The translations under genes and the position numbers were made by a program. A DNA stretch of 63,385 nucleotides, counting the filler, from Pirum gemmata (lineage: Eukaryota): NCBI GenBank assembly GCA_002812295.1. It is 30 parts of 30 records of this genome, joined end to end, with 100 filler letters (N's around TTAATTAATTAA, not from the genome) between each part and the next. Parts side by side here need not be neighbours in the genome. Positions count along the whole stretch, not along the records: positions 23,903 to 25,788 come from PDIN01010422.1; positions 25,889 to 27,771 come from PDIN01010423.1; positions 27,872 to 29,747 come from PDIN01010424.1; positions 29,848 to 31,713 come from PDIN01010425.1; positions 31,814 to 33,690 come from PDIN01010426.1; positions 33,791 to 35,694 come from PDIN01010427.1; positions 35,795 to 37,471 come from PDIN01010428.1; 23 more parts are not named here. One strand, written 5' to 3'. Positions 25,041-36,952 of the stretch are shown here, piece by piece. Below the pieces are notes generated by a model. It saw nothing but the letters and a program-made list of their open reading frames with translations. It had not been told where the DNA came from and made no database searches. Within the stretch, counting starts at the first letter, position 1. Each line of letters opens with the position of its first letter.

Positions 25041-25400
25041 TTAAAAGCATGAAAAATGTTTATGCAATTCAACTATTTTCCCGTAACTATTTACAACCAT
25101 ATTTTCTCTGATTTTGTACTTAACAGGACCAATTTTAACGGCCATTTTACTATGACTGGTATACGCACTATCTCGAATAGGTTCCCCGCAGATGTGGGTC
25201 TTTTTCTTTAATAAGTTGGATTTGTTTTTGTCTAAATAATGTACTACGTTTTTCTTTCCTGTTATTGTGTCAGTAGGGGTTTTAAATACTACGTTTTCAT
25301 CCATTAAGTCTACTATTTCAGTAACAGTAACTTCATCTCTTAAAAATAATTCTTGATATTTTTTGTGAACATCAACGGAGGTGTTATTAATGAAAACCAT
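25041..25400 (-). CDS. SnoaL/NTF2-like small protein, intronless, 119 aa
   Basis: IVDLMDENVVFKTP...ITGKKNVVHYL and the C-terminal VVNSYGKIVELH fit the NTF2/SnoaL pattern. Confidence 0.75.
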   Translation of the reverse strand: MVFINNTSVDVHKKYQELFLRDEVTVTEIVDLMDENVVFKTPTDTITGKKNVVHYLDKNKSNLLKKKTHICGEPIRDSAYTSHSKMAVKIGPVKYKIRENMVVNSYGKIVELHKHFSCF

Positions 25401-26077
25401 TTTTATTACTAATTCTAATAAATGAAAATTCTGTATTTACAATTAATTTTTATTTTTTCTAAAAACAAGAAACGTTGGTTTTTAATTAATAGTTTTTTTC
25501 TACAAAATATTATGTTAATTAAATATATACTCTTTATTATTTTAAAAAATTCTTTTTTTATTATTATGATATTTTATTATAAAAATATATATATAAATTA
25601 TTACTTTTTAATTAATATATAAAATTATGAAAAAAAAATATGATATAAAAATAAAAAAATTAACGAAAAAAAAAACTAAAAAAACATAATTATAATTTTG
25701 TCTACTTTTGTTTGTTTCTTTTTGGCTTTTATATACTTTATTTATTAGTATATAAAAATAATTACGATCAAAAAAAAAAAAAAAAAAANNNNNNNNNNNN
25801 NNNNNNNNNNNNNNNNNNNNNNNNNNNNNNNNTTAATTAATTAANNNNNNNNNNNNNNNNNNNNNNNNNNNNNNNNNNNNNNNNNNNNATTATTATTATT
25901 ATTATAATTATGGCTGTTATTGTTGTTATTGTTATTGTTATTGTTGCAAATAACTGTATTCTAATATTAAATCTGTTACAATTTTTTCTTAGCCTCCAAG
26001 AAACATGATTTGAAAACTATTAAACGAAAAAAAAAAACTGATAATTTGCTGAAAAGTAAGTTCATGGCTTTTTTTTT

Positions 26078-27750
26078 ATTGTATTATATTGTATTATATT
26101 GCAATTGTATTGTTTTGTAATTGTATTGTAGTTGTATTGTAATTGTTTTGTAATTGTATTGTAATTGTATTGTAATTGTATTGTAATTGTATTTATATTA
26201 AATGGTAACTGTGTTGTATTTGTATTATATTGTAATTGTATTAGATTGTAATTGTAATTGTATTGTAATTGTATTGTAATTGTATTGTAACTGTATTGTA
26301 ACTTTATTGTATTGTACTTGTGCTGTATTATACTTGTGTTATATTGTACTTTTATTGTATTGTACCTGTATTGTATTGTAATTGTGTTGCAATGATATTG
26401 TAATGGTATTGTATTACATTGCATTGCATTGTATTGTATTATAATTGTATTGTAATATATTGTAATTATATTGTAAGTGTATTTATATTAAATTGTATCC
26501 GTATTGTTTTGATATTGTATTCGTATTGTATTGATATTGTATTGTGTTGGTTGCAATTGTATTGCAGTGTCATTGTATTAGATTGTAATTATATTATATT
26601 GCATTGTAATGGTGTTGTATTGTAACTGCATTGTTTTGTACTTGTATTGTATTGTGATTGTATTGTATTGTAATTGTAATTGTATTGTAATTATATTGTA
26701 ATTGTATTGTAATTGTATTGTATTGTAATTGTATTGTAATTGTATTGTAATAATATTGTATTTGTATTTATATTGAATTGTATCTGTATTGTACTGTATC
26801 TGTATTGTGTTGTAATTGTATTGCATTGTAATTGTATTAGATTGTAATTGTATTGTATTGTATCGTAATGGTATTATATTGTAACTGTATTGTGTTGTAG
26901 TTGTGTTGTATTGTAGTTGTGTTGTATAGTAATTGTATTGTATTACAAATGTATTGTAATGGTATTGTAATTATTTGTATTTGTATTTATATTAAACTGT
27001 GTCTGTATTGTACTGTATCTGTATTGTGTTGTAATTGTATTACATTGTAATTGTATTAAATTGTAATTGTATTGTATTCTATTGTAATGGTATTGTATTG
27101 TAGCTGTGTTATGTTGTAGTTGTGTTGTAGTGTAGTTGTGTTGTAGTGTAGTTGTGCTGTATTGTAATTGTATTGTATTGTAATTTCATTGTAATTGTAT
27201 TGTAATTGTATTGTAATTGTATTGTATTGTAATTGTATTGTAATTGTAATTGTAATTATATTGTATTTGTATTCATATTAAATTGTAACTGTATTGTATT
27301 ATAATTGTATTGTGCTGTACTTGTATTGCATTTTAATTGTATTGTATTGTATTATAATGGTATTGTATTGTAACGGTATTGTATTGTACTTGTATTGTAT
27401 TGTAATTATATTTTATTGTAATTGTAATTGTATTGTAATTGTATTGTAATTGTATTATAATTGTATTGTAATTGTATTGTAATTGTATTGTAATTGTGTT
27501 GCAATTGTATTGTAGTTGTATTGTATTTATATTTATATTAAATTGTAACTGTATTGTTTTGTAATGTTATTGTGTTGTAATTGTATCCCATTGTAATTGT
27601 ATTAAATTGATTGTTTGCATTGCATTGTAATGGTATTGCAACTGTATTGTATTGTACTTGTATTGTATTGTAACTGTATTTTATGGTAATTGTAATTGTA
27701 TTGTAATTGTATTTTAATTGTATTGTAATTTTATTGTAATTGTATTGTAA
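26078..27750. repeat. ~1.7-kb degenerate ATTGT/ATTGTA satellite, probably intronic (follows a mini-exon at about 25994-26055)
   Basis: Read directly. Preceded by TTAG|CCTCC...GAAAA|GTAAGT. Confidence 0.9.
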
Positions 27751-28214
27751 ATTATTATTATTATTATTATTNNNNNNNNNNNNNNNNNNNNNNNNNNNNN
27801 NNNNNNNNNNNNNNNTTAATTAATTAANNNNNNNNNNNNNNNNNNNNNNNNNNNNNNNNNNNNNNNNNNNNATAATAATAAAAATAATAATAAAAATAAT
27901 AAATGGACATTCGGCAATGATGTGATGATGTATGTGATGCACCTTCTACTACCTTTAAATTTCTACACGTTTTATTTATTTTCTGTTTTTTGTTTTTTGT
28001 AGTACTGATATTAGACCAAAAGGGGGTTAAACTTAAAATAAAAATTTAAAACTATTAATTAAGTAAAAGATTTTTTTATGTAAATGTTTCTCTTTATAAT
28101 TGTAGGAACCTTTATGGTTTGCTTTTTAAAACTTTGTATTCGTTTAATAAAAACGTATTATATATTGCTTTTCATTTATTTTGTCACTCTGAATATTTAT
28201 TTATTTGGTAAGTT

Positions 28215-28487
28215 ATAACCTAGGAGGTACGAACGCCCTATTGTTTTACGATGGTATTGTCTTTCCAGGTTTTGTTTTGTTTTTGAAATCTCATTATTAT
28301 TATCATGAAATTGCATAACCTAGGAGGTACGAACGCCCTATTGTTTTACGATGGTGTTGTCTTTCCAGGTTTTGTTTTGTTTTTGAAATCTCATTATTAT
28401 TATCATAAAATTGCATAACCTAGGAGGTACGAACGCCCTATTGTTTTACGATGGTGCTGTCTTTCCAGGTTTTGTTTTGTTTTTGAA
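28215..28487 (+). repeat. Three tandem copies of an exact 100-bp unit: 45-nt exon-like segment + 55-nt intron-like segment
   Basis: TAG|GAGGTACG...TTTCCAG|GTTTTG at 28224-28268, 28324-28368 and 28424-28468. Each encodes GTNALLFYDG(I/V/A)VFP. Confidence 0.9.
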
Positions 28488-28771
28488 TGTATTGTTGTAT
28501 TGTTGTATTGTTGTATTGTTGTATTGTTGTATTGTTGTATTGTTGTATTGTTGTATTGTTGTATATAATAATAATTTTTTAATAAAAAAACTTCTAACTT
28601 CTGTAAAAGAAACAGGAAGGTAAACTAGGGAAGGTAAAAGAAAGTTTAGTAGTCTAAATTCTGGGCCATGATTCGTTAGAATTTCGTTTTCCCCTAAATC
28701 TGACCAATCAAATAAATTGGTGAAGAGAGCTAAAATTAAATGTTCTTGACTAGCCTTTACCAAGTATGATA

Positions 28772-29108
28772 TGATGCAAACAATCTAAAAACAGTAGGGG
28801 TGAGATATCTACTAGAACTTTTTTCGAACAGATGCTTATCGAGCCCAACCTTAGTTCCGTGTTTCTTACTAATAATAGCAGTTAAATGGCTTAAAATAGT
28901 ATATCTAATATAGTAGTTACCAATTATAGTAACAATATTAACATTAACTTCCGGGCAGCTGTTCGGTAATAATAAATGACGTCATCTCACCCCTACTATG
29001 ATATGACACTTTTTTTATATGTTCGAAAATCTATTTCATTACTTCTATTCGAAAACTGAAAATTCTAGTTGGACGTTTTTTTTAAAAAAAAAAAAACTGT
29101 TTGCACCC
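28772..29108. mobile_element. Nested MITEs: a hAT-like element (28795-28995, TIR TAGGGGTGAGAT) inside a TGGTGCAAAC-family MITE
   Basis: The inner element matches 16738-16950 in reverse. The outer element matches the uninterrupted copy at 55155-55332. Confidence 0.7.
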
Positions 29109-30047
29109 TCACCAAAACTATCAGTCTCCAGGGATTGTTTATTAACGTCGAGTGGTAGGTAGCCAGGGGTATTTGAAGCTGTATTTGACAGGAAATTGGC
29201 GTTATGTAGTATTTGAACGCTCCCTAACCCTAACCCTAACCTTAACCCTAACCTTAACCCTAACCCTAACCTTAACCCTAACCCTAACCTTAACCCTAAC
29301 CCTAACCTTAACCCTAACCCTAATCTTAACCTTAACCTTAACCCTACTAACCCTAACCCTAACCTTAACCCTAACCCTAACCCTAACCCTAACCCTAACC
29401 CTAACCCTAACCCTAACTAAACTTTCGAATTCTCTAACAGCCCTTGCCCCAATCCTAAACCCAAACCTTAATTAATTAATAAACTTAATCCTAAACCTAA
29501 CTCTAATACGGACTCTAACTCTACCCTTAATTAAGTAACCCTTTTAACCTTAATCCTGAAACCTTGCTATTACTGCCGGTGGGGTTTGATTAACCCCTTT
29601 GCCCAGTCGTTCACAAGTGCTGTTCACCTTTGCATATGATGTGATATGAGAGTTTGGGTTTGGGTTAGGAATACGGGTTGGGTTAGGGTTTGGGTTTGGG
29701 TTATAAGGGATATGGGTTAGGGTTAGGGTTAGGGTTAGGATTAGGATNNNNNNNNNNNNNNNNNNNNNNNNNNNNNNNNNNNNNNNNNNNNTTAATTAAT
29801 TAANNNNNNNNNNNNNNNNNNNNNNNNNNNNNNNNNNNNNNNNNNNNGGTTAGGGTTAGGGTTAGGGTTAGGGTTAGGGTTAGGGTTGGGTAAGGGTTAG
29901 GGTTAGTTAGGGTTAGTTAAGAAAAACAAAAGGTACAGTGACGTCATTTATGACTCTCCCTTAATAATAAATAATAATAAAAGATAATTGAAAAAATTAT
30001 CAATTCAAATAATACTTCGTAGTGACTTTTAAAAAAATACCAATTAA

Positions 30048-31385
30048 TTAAGGTTTTACTTCATAGTAATGTTCTTGTTCAGGAAGCCCCAGATTTCGAG
30101 AATTTCCCTCAAATGTAACGTCTTCCTTGTTAACACCAATACTTTTAGTTTCATTTTCGTAGTAAATGTTTCGGGAATTTTCTTCAAACGTGACGTAATC
30201 TTCTTCCTTGCTCACACCAATACTTTTAGCGGTTGAGAATTCTTCATTTTCGTAGATAGTGTTGCTGTTAGTATAGTCTTCATCTATATTTATTGTTGCT
30301 TTCTTAGTGGGCGTAGCATCGATGGCAATACCAGTAGCCTTTTTATTTACGTATTCGTATTCAGCGTCAGATTGCAAAACAATGGCTCCCTCGTTGGCAA
30401 ATTCTTCTGGACTTAATCCATTTAATTGATCTTTTTTTAATTCTTTAATTTTTCTAATATTTTTTCGGCGATAAATCACTGCTAAGATGATCGCAATAGC
30501 CAAGACAAAAACAACTACGCCTACTATAACGCCAACAAGCATACCCACATTACTACTCCCACCGCTGGTTCCAGTACTAGTGGTCTCTACCGTAGAAGTA
30601 GCGGAAACGCTAGGTATAGTAGTAGTGGCGATGACAAAAGCATTATTAGGTAAAGAGGGATTAGCATCGTTTTGAGAAAGATTACTATTTTGGCACTGAT
30701 TCATACCAAAAACAGCTTGATGAATCCGCTGCCGATCAGCATCTTTAGACGCACAATTCTCGTTTAAATGAAAATCGGCAGTGTAATAATTAATGGAATC
30801 TTTCTCGGATATATAAAAGTGGATACACTTGTATTGTTGACTGGAATTGCTATAGGTAATGTTACTGGGAATCTGTTTTGATGTGGGTTCAGTGAAAGTC
30901 GCCGCGAAAGAGAAATCTGTGCACATAGTATCTTGATATAAAAAAAATTGAACATACAATGGCGGATGAAACCAACGTATTTGAGAAAGAGGCCTATCAC
31001 TTTTGGTAGCTTTACTTGAAATTATTTGAATAGCAATGTTCATGTTTGGAAAATTGGTGCTGGCGTTAGTATGGCACTGTGACCTCGTTGCATAAGAAGC
31101 GTGTATTGTAAATTGATCTTTGTCCCCAGAGTCACAAGAGGGTGACTTGTGGAAAATGGTCACATACTGGTTGGACGGTGTAGAGTAGTAAAAGTGTACA
31201 CATTGAAACGGGGAGGCATCAACAGGAAAAAATTCAAGTTTGGCAAAATCATTGGTGAACGCTACTGATGCATTACAATTGTTTTGATTTAAATAAAATA
31301 ACACTTTTACTGGAAATCCAGGAGGGTTCCCGTTCACCCCAAGGTTTAAGAATGATAGTATGGAATATAAAAAAAATACAAACAT
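30048..31385 (-). CDS. Intronless type I membrane protein: signal peptide, two tandem 4-Cys extracellular domains, S/T stalk, TM helix, tyrosine-motif cytoplasmic tail
   Basis: ATG at 31385 (MFVFFLYSILSFLNLGVNG). TM segment MLVGVIVGVVVFVLAIAIILAVIY followed by RRK. Tail motifs EYEYV, EDYTN, IYENE, EDYVTF, IYYENE and HYYEV. Confidence 0.9.
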   Translation of the reverse strand: MFVFFLYSILSFLNLGVNGNPPGFPVKVLFYLNQNNCNASVAFTNDFAKLEFFPVDASPFQCVHFYYSTPSNQYVTIFHKSPSCDSGDKDQFTIHASYATRSQCHTNASTNFPNMNIAIQIISSKATKSDRPLSQIRWFHPPLYVQFFLYQDTMCTDFSFAATFTEPTSKQIPSNITYSNSSQQYKCIHFYISEKDSINYYTADFHLNENCASKDADRQRIHQAVFGMNQCQNSNLSQNDANPSLPNNAFVIATTTIPSVSATSTVETTSTGTSGGSSNVGMLVGVIVGVVVFVLAIAIILAVIYRRKNIRKIKELKKDQLNGLSPEEFANEGAIVLQSDAEYEYVNKKATGIAIDATPTKKATINIDEDYTNSNTIYENEEFSTAKSIGVSKEEDYVTFEENSRNIYYENETKSIGVNKEDVTFEGNSRNLGLPEQEHYYEVKP

Positions 31386-32710
31386 ACTTTCCAAAATTAT
31401 TATTCTAATGCCTCTTGATTTTGTTTTTGTAGTTTACTAGTACTATTATTACTACTTTCACATAAATTTCTAAATCTATATAATTATTTCTCCACTACAG
31501 ACCACCAACTTTTTTTTAAAACGATATTTGAAATCATAGAATGCTAAAATAACAAAATGATATTAATTTGACTTTAATTTGATCTTAATTTTATTTATAA
31601 CAAGGATGAATGACGAATTTTAATGATTTTCTTGATTTAATTTTTAATATTAGGAAAATATTATAATTATATTTTTAATCTAATTTTTTTTTTTTTTTCA
31701 AAATAATATAAAANNNNNNNNNNNNNNNNNNNNNNNNNNNNNNNNNNNNNNNNNNNNTTAATTAATTAANNNNNNNNNNNNNNNNNNNNNNNNNNNNNNN
31801 NNNNNNNNNNNNNGGTTAGGGTTAGGGTTAGGGTTAGGGTTCGGTTAGGGTTAGGGTTAGGGTTAGGGTTAGGGTTCGGTTAGGGTTAGGGTTAGGGTTA
31901 GGGTTTGGGACTGTTAGGGTTAGGAATAGGAAACCCAAAAGGGTTAGGGTTAGGGTTAGGGAGTGTTAGGGTTAGGGTTAGGAATAGGAAAGCCAAAAGT
32001 TGGACGTTTTTAACTTGTTTGCAACTTTGCACTATATTTTTTTAGCCAGTATTACTATGGTAGTCTACTACTGGTAGATCTCTGGTAGACTAAAGGACAG
32101 TAAACTGAGTAAAGGTCTAATTTTAGGTAGCAGTAAATTGAGTAAAGGTAGACTAAAAAAAGTCAAAAAATATTCTGAAAAAATAGCGAATGAAAAATGG
32201 AGGCAAGCATATAATATTATATTTTTTTAAAAAAAGTAATTTTTTTTAAAAAATGTTAATGTATACGTACATATATTGTAATTGTTGCCAATTTTTTTTT
32301 GAAGTTTGACCATCGATATTGATTTCTTTTTTTATTAGTATTGTGCTTTTCAGTTATTTTGTCATTATTATAGAAACGCAGTAATAAATACCAAGTTAAT
32401 ACTATATCAAATTTATTTGGTACAATTTAATTAACTGGGTTAGGGTTAGGAATAGGAAACCCAAAAGTTAGAGTTAGGGTTAGGGTTAGGGTTAGGGTTA
32501 GGGTTTTAAGGTTAGGGTTAGGGTTAGGGTTAGGGTTAGGGTTAGGGTTAGGGTTAGGGTTAGGGTTAGGGTTAGGGTTAGGGTTAGGGTTAGGGTTAGG
32601 AATAGGAAACCCAAAAGTTGGACGTTTTTAACTTGTTTGCAACTTTGCACTATTTAGCCAGTATTACTATGGTAGTCTACTACTGGTAGATCTCTGGTAG
32701 ACTAAAGGAC

Positions 32711-33289
32711 TCCTGGAAAGTACATGCTAAAAATACTGATCGATCAGTTGAGTTTTGTCATTTAGATGGAGTAACACCTCATCAAGGTACACAGGCCTTT
32801 TTCGAAACAATCAAAAGTTCCGGTGATGGAGGTCAAGGAGCAGTTTGTAATAATAATCAACCTTGGATTAGTCCTGATGATCCTAACTTAAGTTACGGCT
32901 TTGTCGCTAACTTTCGTGATAGTTGTAAATGCTTTGAACTACGTTTTGTATCTGGTGGAGTGGTAGGGAAAAGAATGATTGTGCAAAATACAAATACTGG
33001 CGATTTAACTGGTAATGATCATTTTGATATTATGATGCCTGGTGGTGGCATTGGAGCAAAAGATGGATGTACTACACAATATCCTTCGATACCACTTAGT
33101 GCATTTGGTAATAATCGGGGTGGTTTGACATCTGTGAATGAATGCCAAAACTTACCAGCTGGTTTAAAGTCAGGTTGTGAATGGAGATTTGGATGGTTTC
33201 AAAATGCTGATAATCCTGATATTGATTTTAAAGAGGTTTCGTGTCCAAGTCAGTTGACTGCAATTTCCAAATGTAATGTTGTCAATTAA
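32711..33289 (+). pseudogene. Glycoside hydrolase family 45 endoglucanase, apparently 5'-truncated
   Basis: SW...CNNNQPW..NLSYGF..CFELRF..GKRMIVQNTNTGDL..HFDIMMPGGGIG..GC..QY...GCEWRFGWFQNADNP...VSCP..L..ISKC. The frame opens at SW and lacks the TTRYWDCCKPSC catalytic motif. The DNA immediately upstream duplicates about 31981-32098. Confidence 0.85.
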
Positions 33290-36126
33290 ACTCAAATTAA
33301 TGAATGAAACTTAATTCGAATCCGGTTTAAAAACCTTTTAAATACGGATACTTGAAATTTAAGTGATAAACAACAATGCTAATTTTTTGTAAAAATTTAA
33401 TTAATAAAAAATTCACCTTTCATTTACTTAAGTATGGTTATTATTATTAGCTATGTATAACTTTTTTATTATATTATTATTTTATTTTTTTAATTTTTTT
33501 AAAAAAGCATTAAATTTAATTAATATTCATCAGGTTCGTCGTTTATTAAAAAGTTATCAACAGATAGAAATTCTTTATTTATCACTTACTAGTATTTTTA
33601 TTATTTTATTTATATTTAGTACTTAAATTAATAATAATAATAATAATAATAATAACATTATTATATTAATAGTAATATAATAATAATATANNNNNNNNNN
33701 NNNNNNNNNNNNNNNNNNNNNNNNNNNNNNNNNNTTAATTAATTAANNNNNNNNNNNNNNNNNNNNNNNNNNNNNNNNNNNNNNNNNNNNTATTATTATC
33801 ATTATTATTATTATTATTTTTATTATGAATATAATCCCTGATGGTTTAAAATGTCAATAATATAATAGATAATTTATGCTGTAAAATTGTGCGAATACTG
33901 GCACTTTTAATTTGTATCATATAATTAATTATTATAAGAGAACAATCAATACTTACTAAATTAAAAAAGTATGTAGTGCACTACTGCATTTGGCTTTAAA
34001 ATTATCCATATAAAGAAGAAAATGTTTGTAAATTACTTAATTTATTAATATATTAGTTTATTTACTAACCATAACAGGTAAAAATATTAATAAGTAATTT
34101 TTAAGAAGGTAAAGTTTCTAAATATGGTTGTTATATTTATATTACATACCGTAAATATAACCTTTTTTAAAAAATTGAAAAAATGATTGTTTCTAGGCTG
34201 TGTGTATCGATTTATTAATAATATCGTATTTATTAAAATATCCTCTACGTAATATTCATCATTCATGGCCTTAATAACAATATTAATCGATTTAATTAAA
34301 AGAATGAGAATTTTTTATTAAAAGTAATTATGTTGGTTTTAGTTGAAAATAGGTAATTTTATAAATTTTTAATGTGATTTTCATTTCTATTTATACAAAA
34401 ATAAATTTTAATAAAAAATATATATACTACTATTATTATTACTATTATTATTACTATTATTATTACTATTATTATTACTATTATGATTATATTTAATTAA
34501 TTAAATAATGAGGTTGTATTTTATAATTATGATTTTTCTAGGCTGTGTGCACTAAACAGTATCGATTTAATATCGTATTTGTTATAATATCTTCTACATA
34601 ATATCCATGGTTATAATAATAATATCAATCGATTTAATATCGTATTTATTAAAAGAATAAAGTATTAATAATGATGTTGGTTTTTGTTGGTAATTTAATT
34701 AATTTAAAGTAATTTTCATTTCTATTTATACAAAAATAAATAGTATTTTGTTTTTATTACTTTTCTTGATTTTTCTTTTCTTGCCAAAAACCCCACCTAA
34801 CTATGTACACACATCCACATACTCAAAAAACAATTTCAACAAAGTAAATAAGGGTGGATGGGTGAGGAAAAAACAACATAAATCATAATCATACAACGAA
34901 AAAAACCACACAATCAGATATAAAATTTAATATCAACTACTAGTACTACTATTACTATTCTTTGGTTTATCTAACCAACCACAACATTAAGATAATAATA
35001 CATATTATAATCACCTTGATCAATTATTACGAAAAAACAACCGTTTGGTACCCTTACTCAGATTTTTCTTTCAAAATATAAAAAAAAGGAAAATGCTATT
35101 TATTTTTCTTCTTTTTCCAACACATACTAGTTATATTATTACACACAAAAAAACAAACAAAAACAAAATACCGGTACTAAACACCAATTTTTTTTTTTTT
35201 ACTCTCCTGCACTATACCCTCACATTTTCTCTGCCCTATCCTTACTACCCAAACGTATGGAAAAACCAGAAAATTTTATGAAAATACAGCCTAGTTTTTC
35301 TATAGCTAACTCCACTAGTTTCATTACTTTAAAAAACAGTATCAATAAAAATATATTATATAACAATATATATAATTAATATTATATTAATAAATAATAA
35401 AATTTAATAATAATGAATTACAATTATTATTATTATGGTTATTGTTATTATTGTTATTAACATAAAATAATAATAATAAAAAAAAAAAAGTGTAGAAACT
35501 AGAAAATAGACTAATATATAATATATATCCCATTTGTATCCACATTAAATCTGCCTTGATTTTACGGACTTCTATTGAAATATCACATGATTTATCTAAT
35601 TTGGGGTGTTTCATTATATATTATATTCTTCATATAGAACCAATAGTGATATTGATAAGACTATATAATATCGTCTACGTAATATCCATGGCCANNNNNN
35701 NNNNNNNNNNNNNNNNNNNNNNNNNNNNNNNNNNNNNNTTAATTAATTAANNNNNNNNNNNNNNNNNNNNNNNNNNNNNNNNNNNNNNNNNNNNGAGACA
35801 AAATAAATGAAAAGCACAATAGCTAGAGAGAAAGTAGCTACTAGTGAGTAAGCTAGTAGTTATCAAAGACCCCAGGAAAATGGAGTCTTTGCTAGTTATT
35901 TATATATTATCATATTATTATATATATTGTTATTGTTATTGTTATTATTATTGTTATTGTTATTGTTATTGTTATTATTATTGTTATTGTTATTGTTATT
36001 GTTATTGTTATTGTTATTGTTTCCTCTAGTAGCCTCTAGTAGCCTCTAGTAGCCTCTAGTAGCCTCTACACTAAAACTTTGTGCACGAAAACAAACTGCT
36101 CAACAATCGATAGTTCCGATTACCTA

Positions 36127-36313
36127 TTGTGCTTTTCATTTATTTTGTCACCCCGAATATTTATTTGGTTGCTTATAATATTTAAATTGATGTTTTTAAA
36201 TTAATATATATATTTAATAAAATATACCAAATTAAATGAAATGGATTTATATTTTATTTATTTGGTACTCTTTATTGTATATTTTATGACGACAAAATAA
36301 CTGAAAAGCACGA
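36127..36313. mobile_element. TA-flanked MITE with TIR GTGCTTTTCA(T/G)TTATTTTGTC; copies or fragments at about 8408-8580, 8588-8740, 9265-9391, 21212-21393, 28166, 32341 and 53866
   Basis: TA-TTGTGCTTTTCA...TGAAAAGCACGA-TA with a conserved ~185-bp interior across contigs. Confidence 0.8.
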
Positions 36314-36911
36314 TATGTAATAATAATTGTACGTCATTTGATTTGGTTTTTATCAGGAATAGTACTTTGTTAACCTCCAACCTTTTTTATAGTTTCGCCT
36401 TTCCCGCAGAGAAGGGTAAGTTGCCAAAAAAGGAAGAATTTTTACATCATTTTGACGTAATTTTTAGACAAAATTTTTGCTTCAATAAAAAAAATAGCTT
36501 CCAAAATTATCAAAAAAAATCAAACCACCAATCATATTCAAGTAAATAAGAAAGAAAAGGTTTACAAAAATTCCCAGTTTGTAGAGTGTTCGTAGCTGTG
36601 TTTGTAGAGTGTTTGTAACTTTGTAGATCTTTGTAGACTGTTTGTAGACTAGACTATAGTAGCTACAGTCTATAGTGTTTGCGAGATAGGCGAGATAGTC
36701 TAGCTAGTGTTTGTACTGTGTTTGTACTCCCGTCGGTATTCAGGTTTGTATTCAACCAGTTTTTTCTTTTTGTGGACCTCTCACTGGAGAGGTGCGGAAA
36801 ATTTACTTAGTCCGCAAAACCCGCACAAATAAAAGGAAAGGCAGGAAAGGTTCTAACAACCAACAACAACCAACAACAGCAAACAACAACCAACAACAAA
36901 CAACAAACAAC

Positions 36912-36952
<41 letters not shown>

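Noticed and set aside
28215..28487. CRISPR-like or spliced-leader array
   Set aside because: The whole 100-bp unit is repeated with no unique spacers, there are no cas genes, and no convincing SL structure or Sm site was seen.
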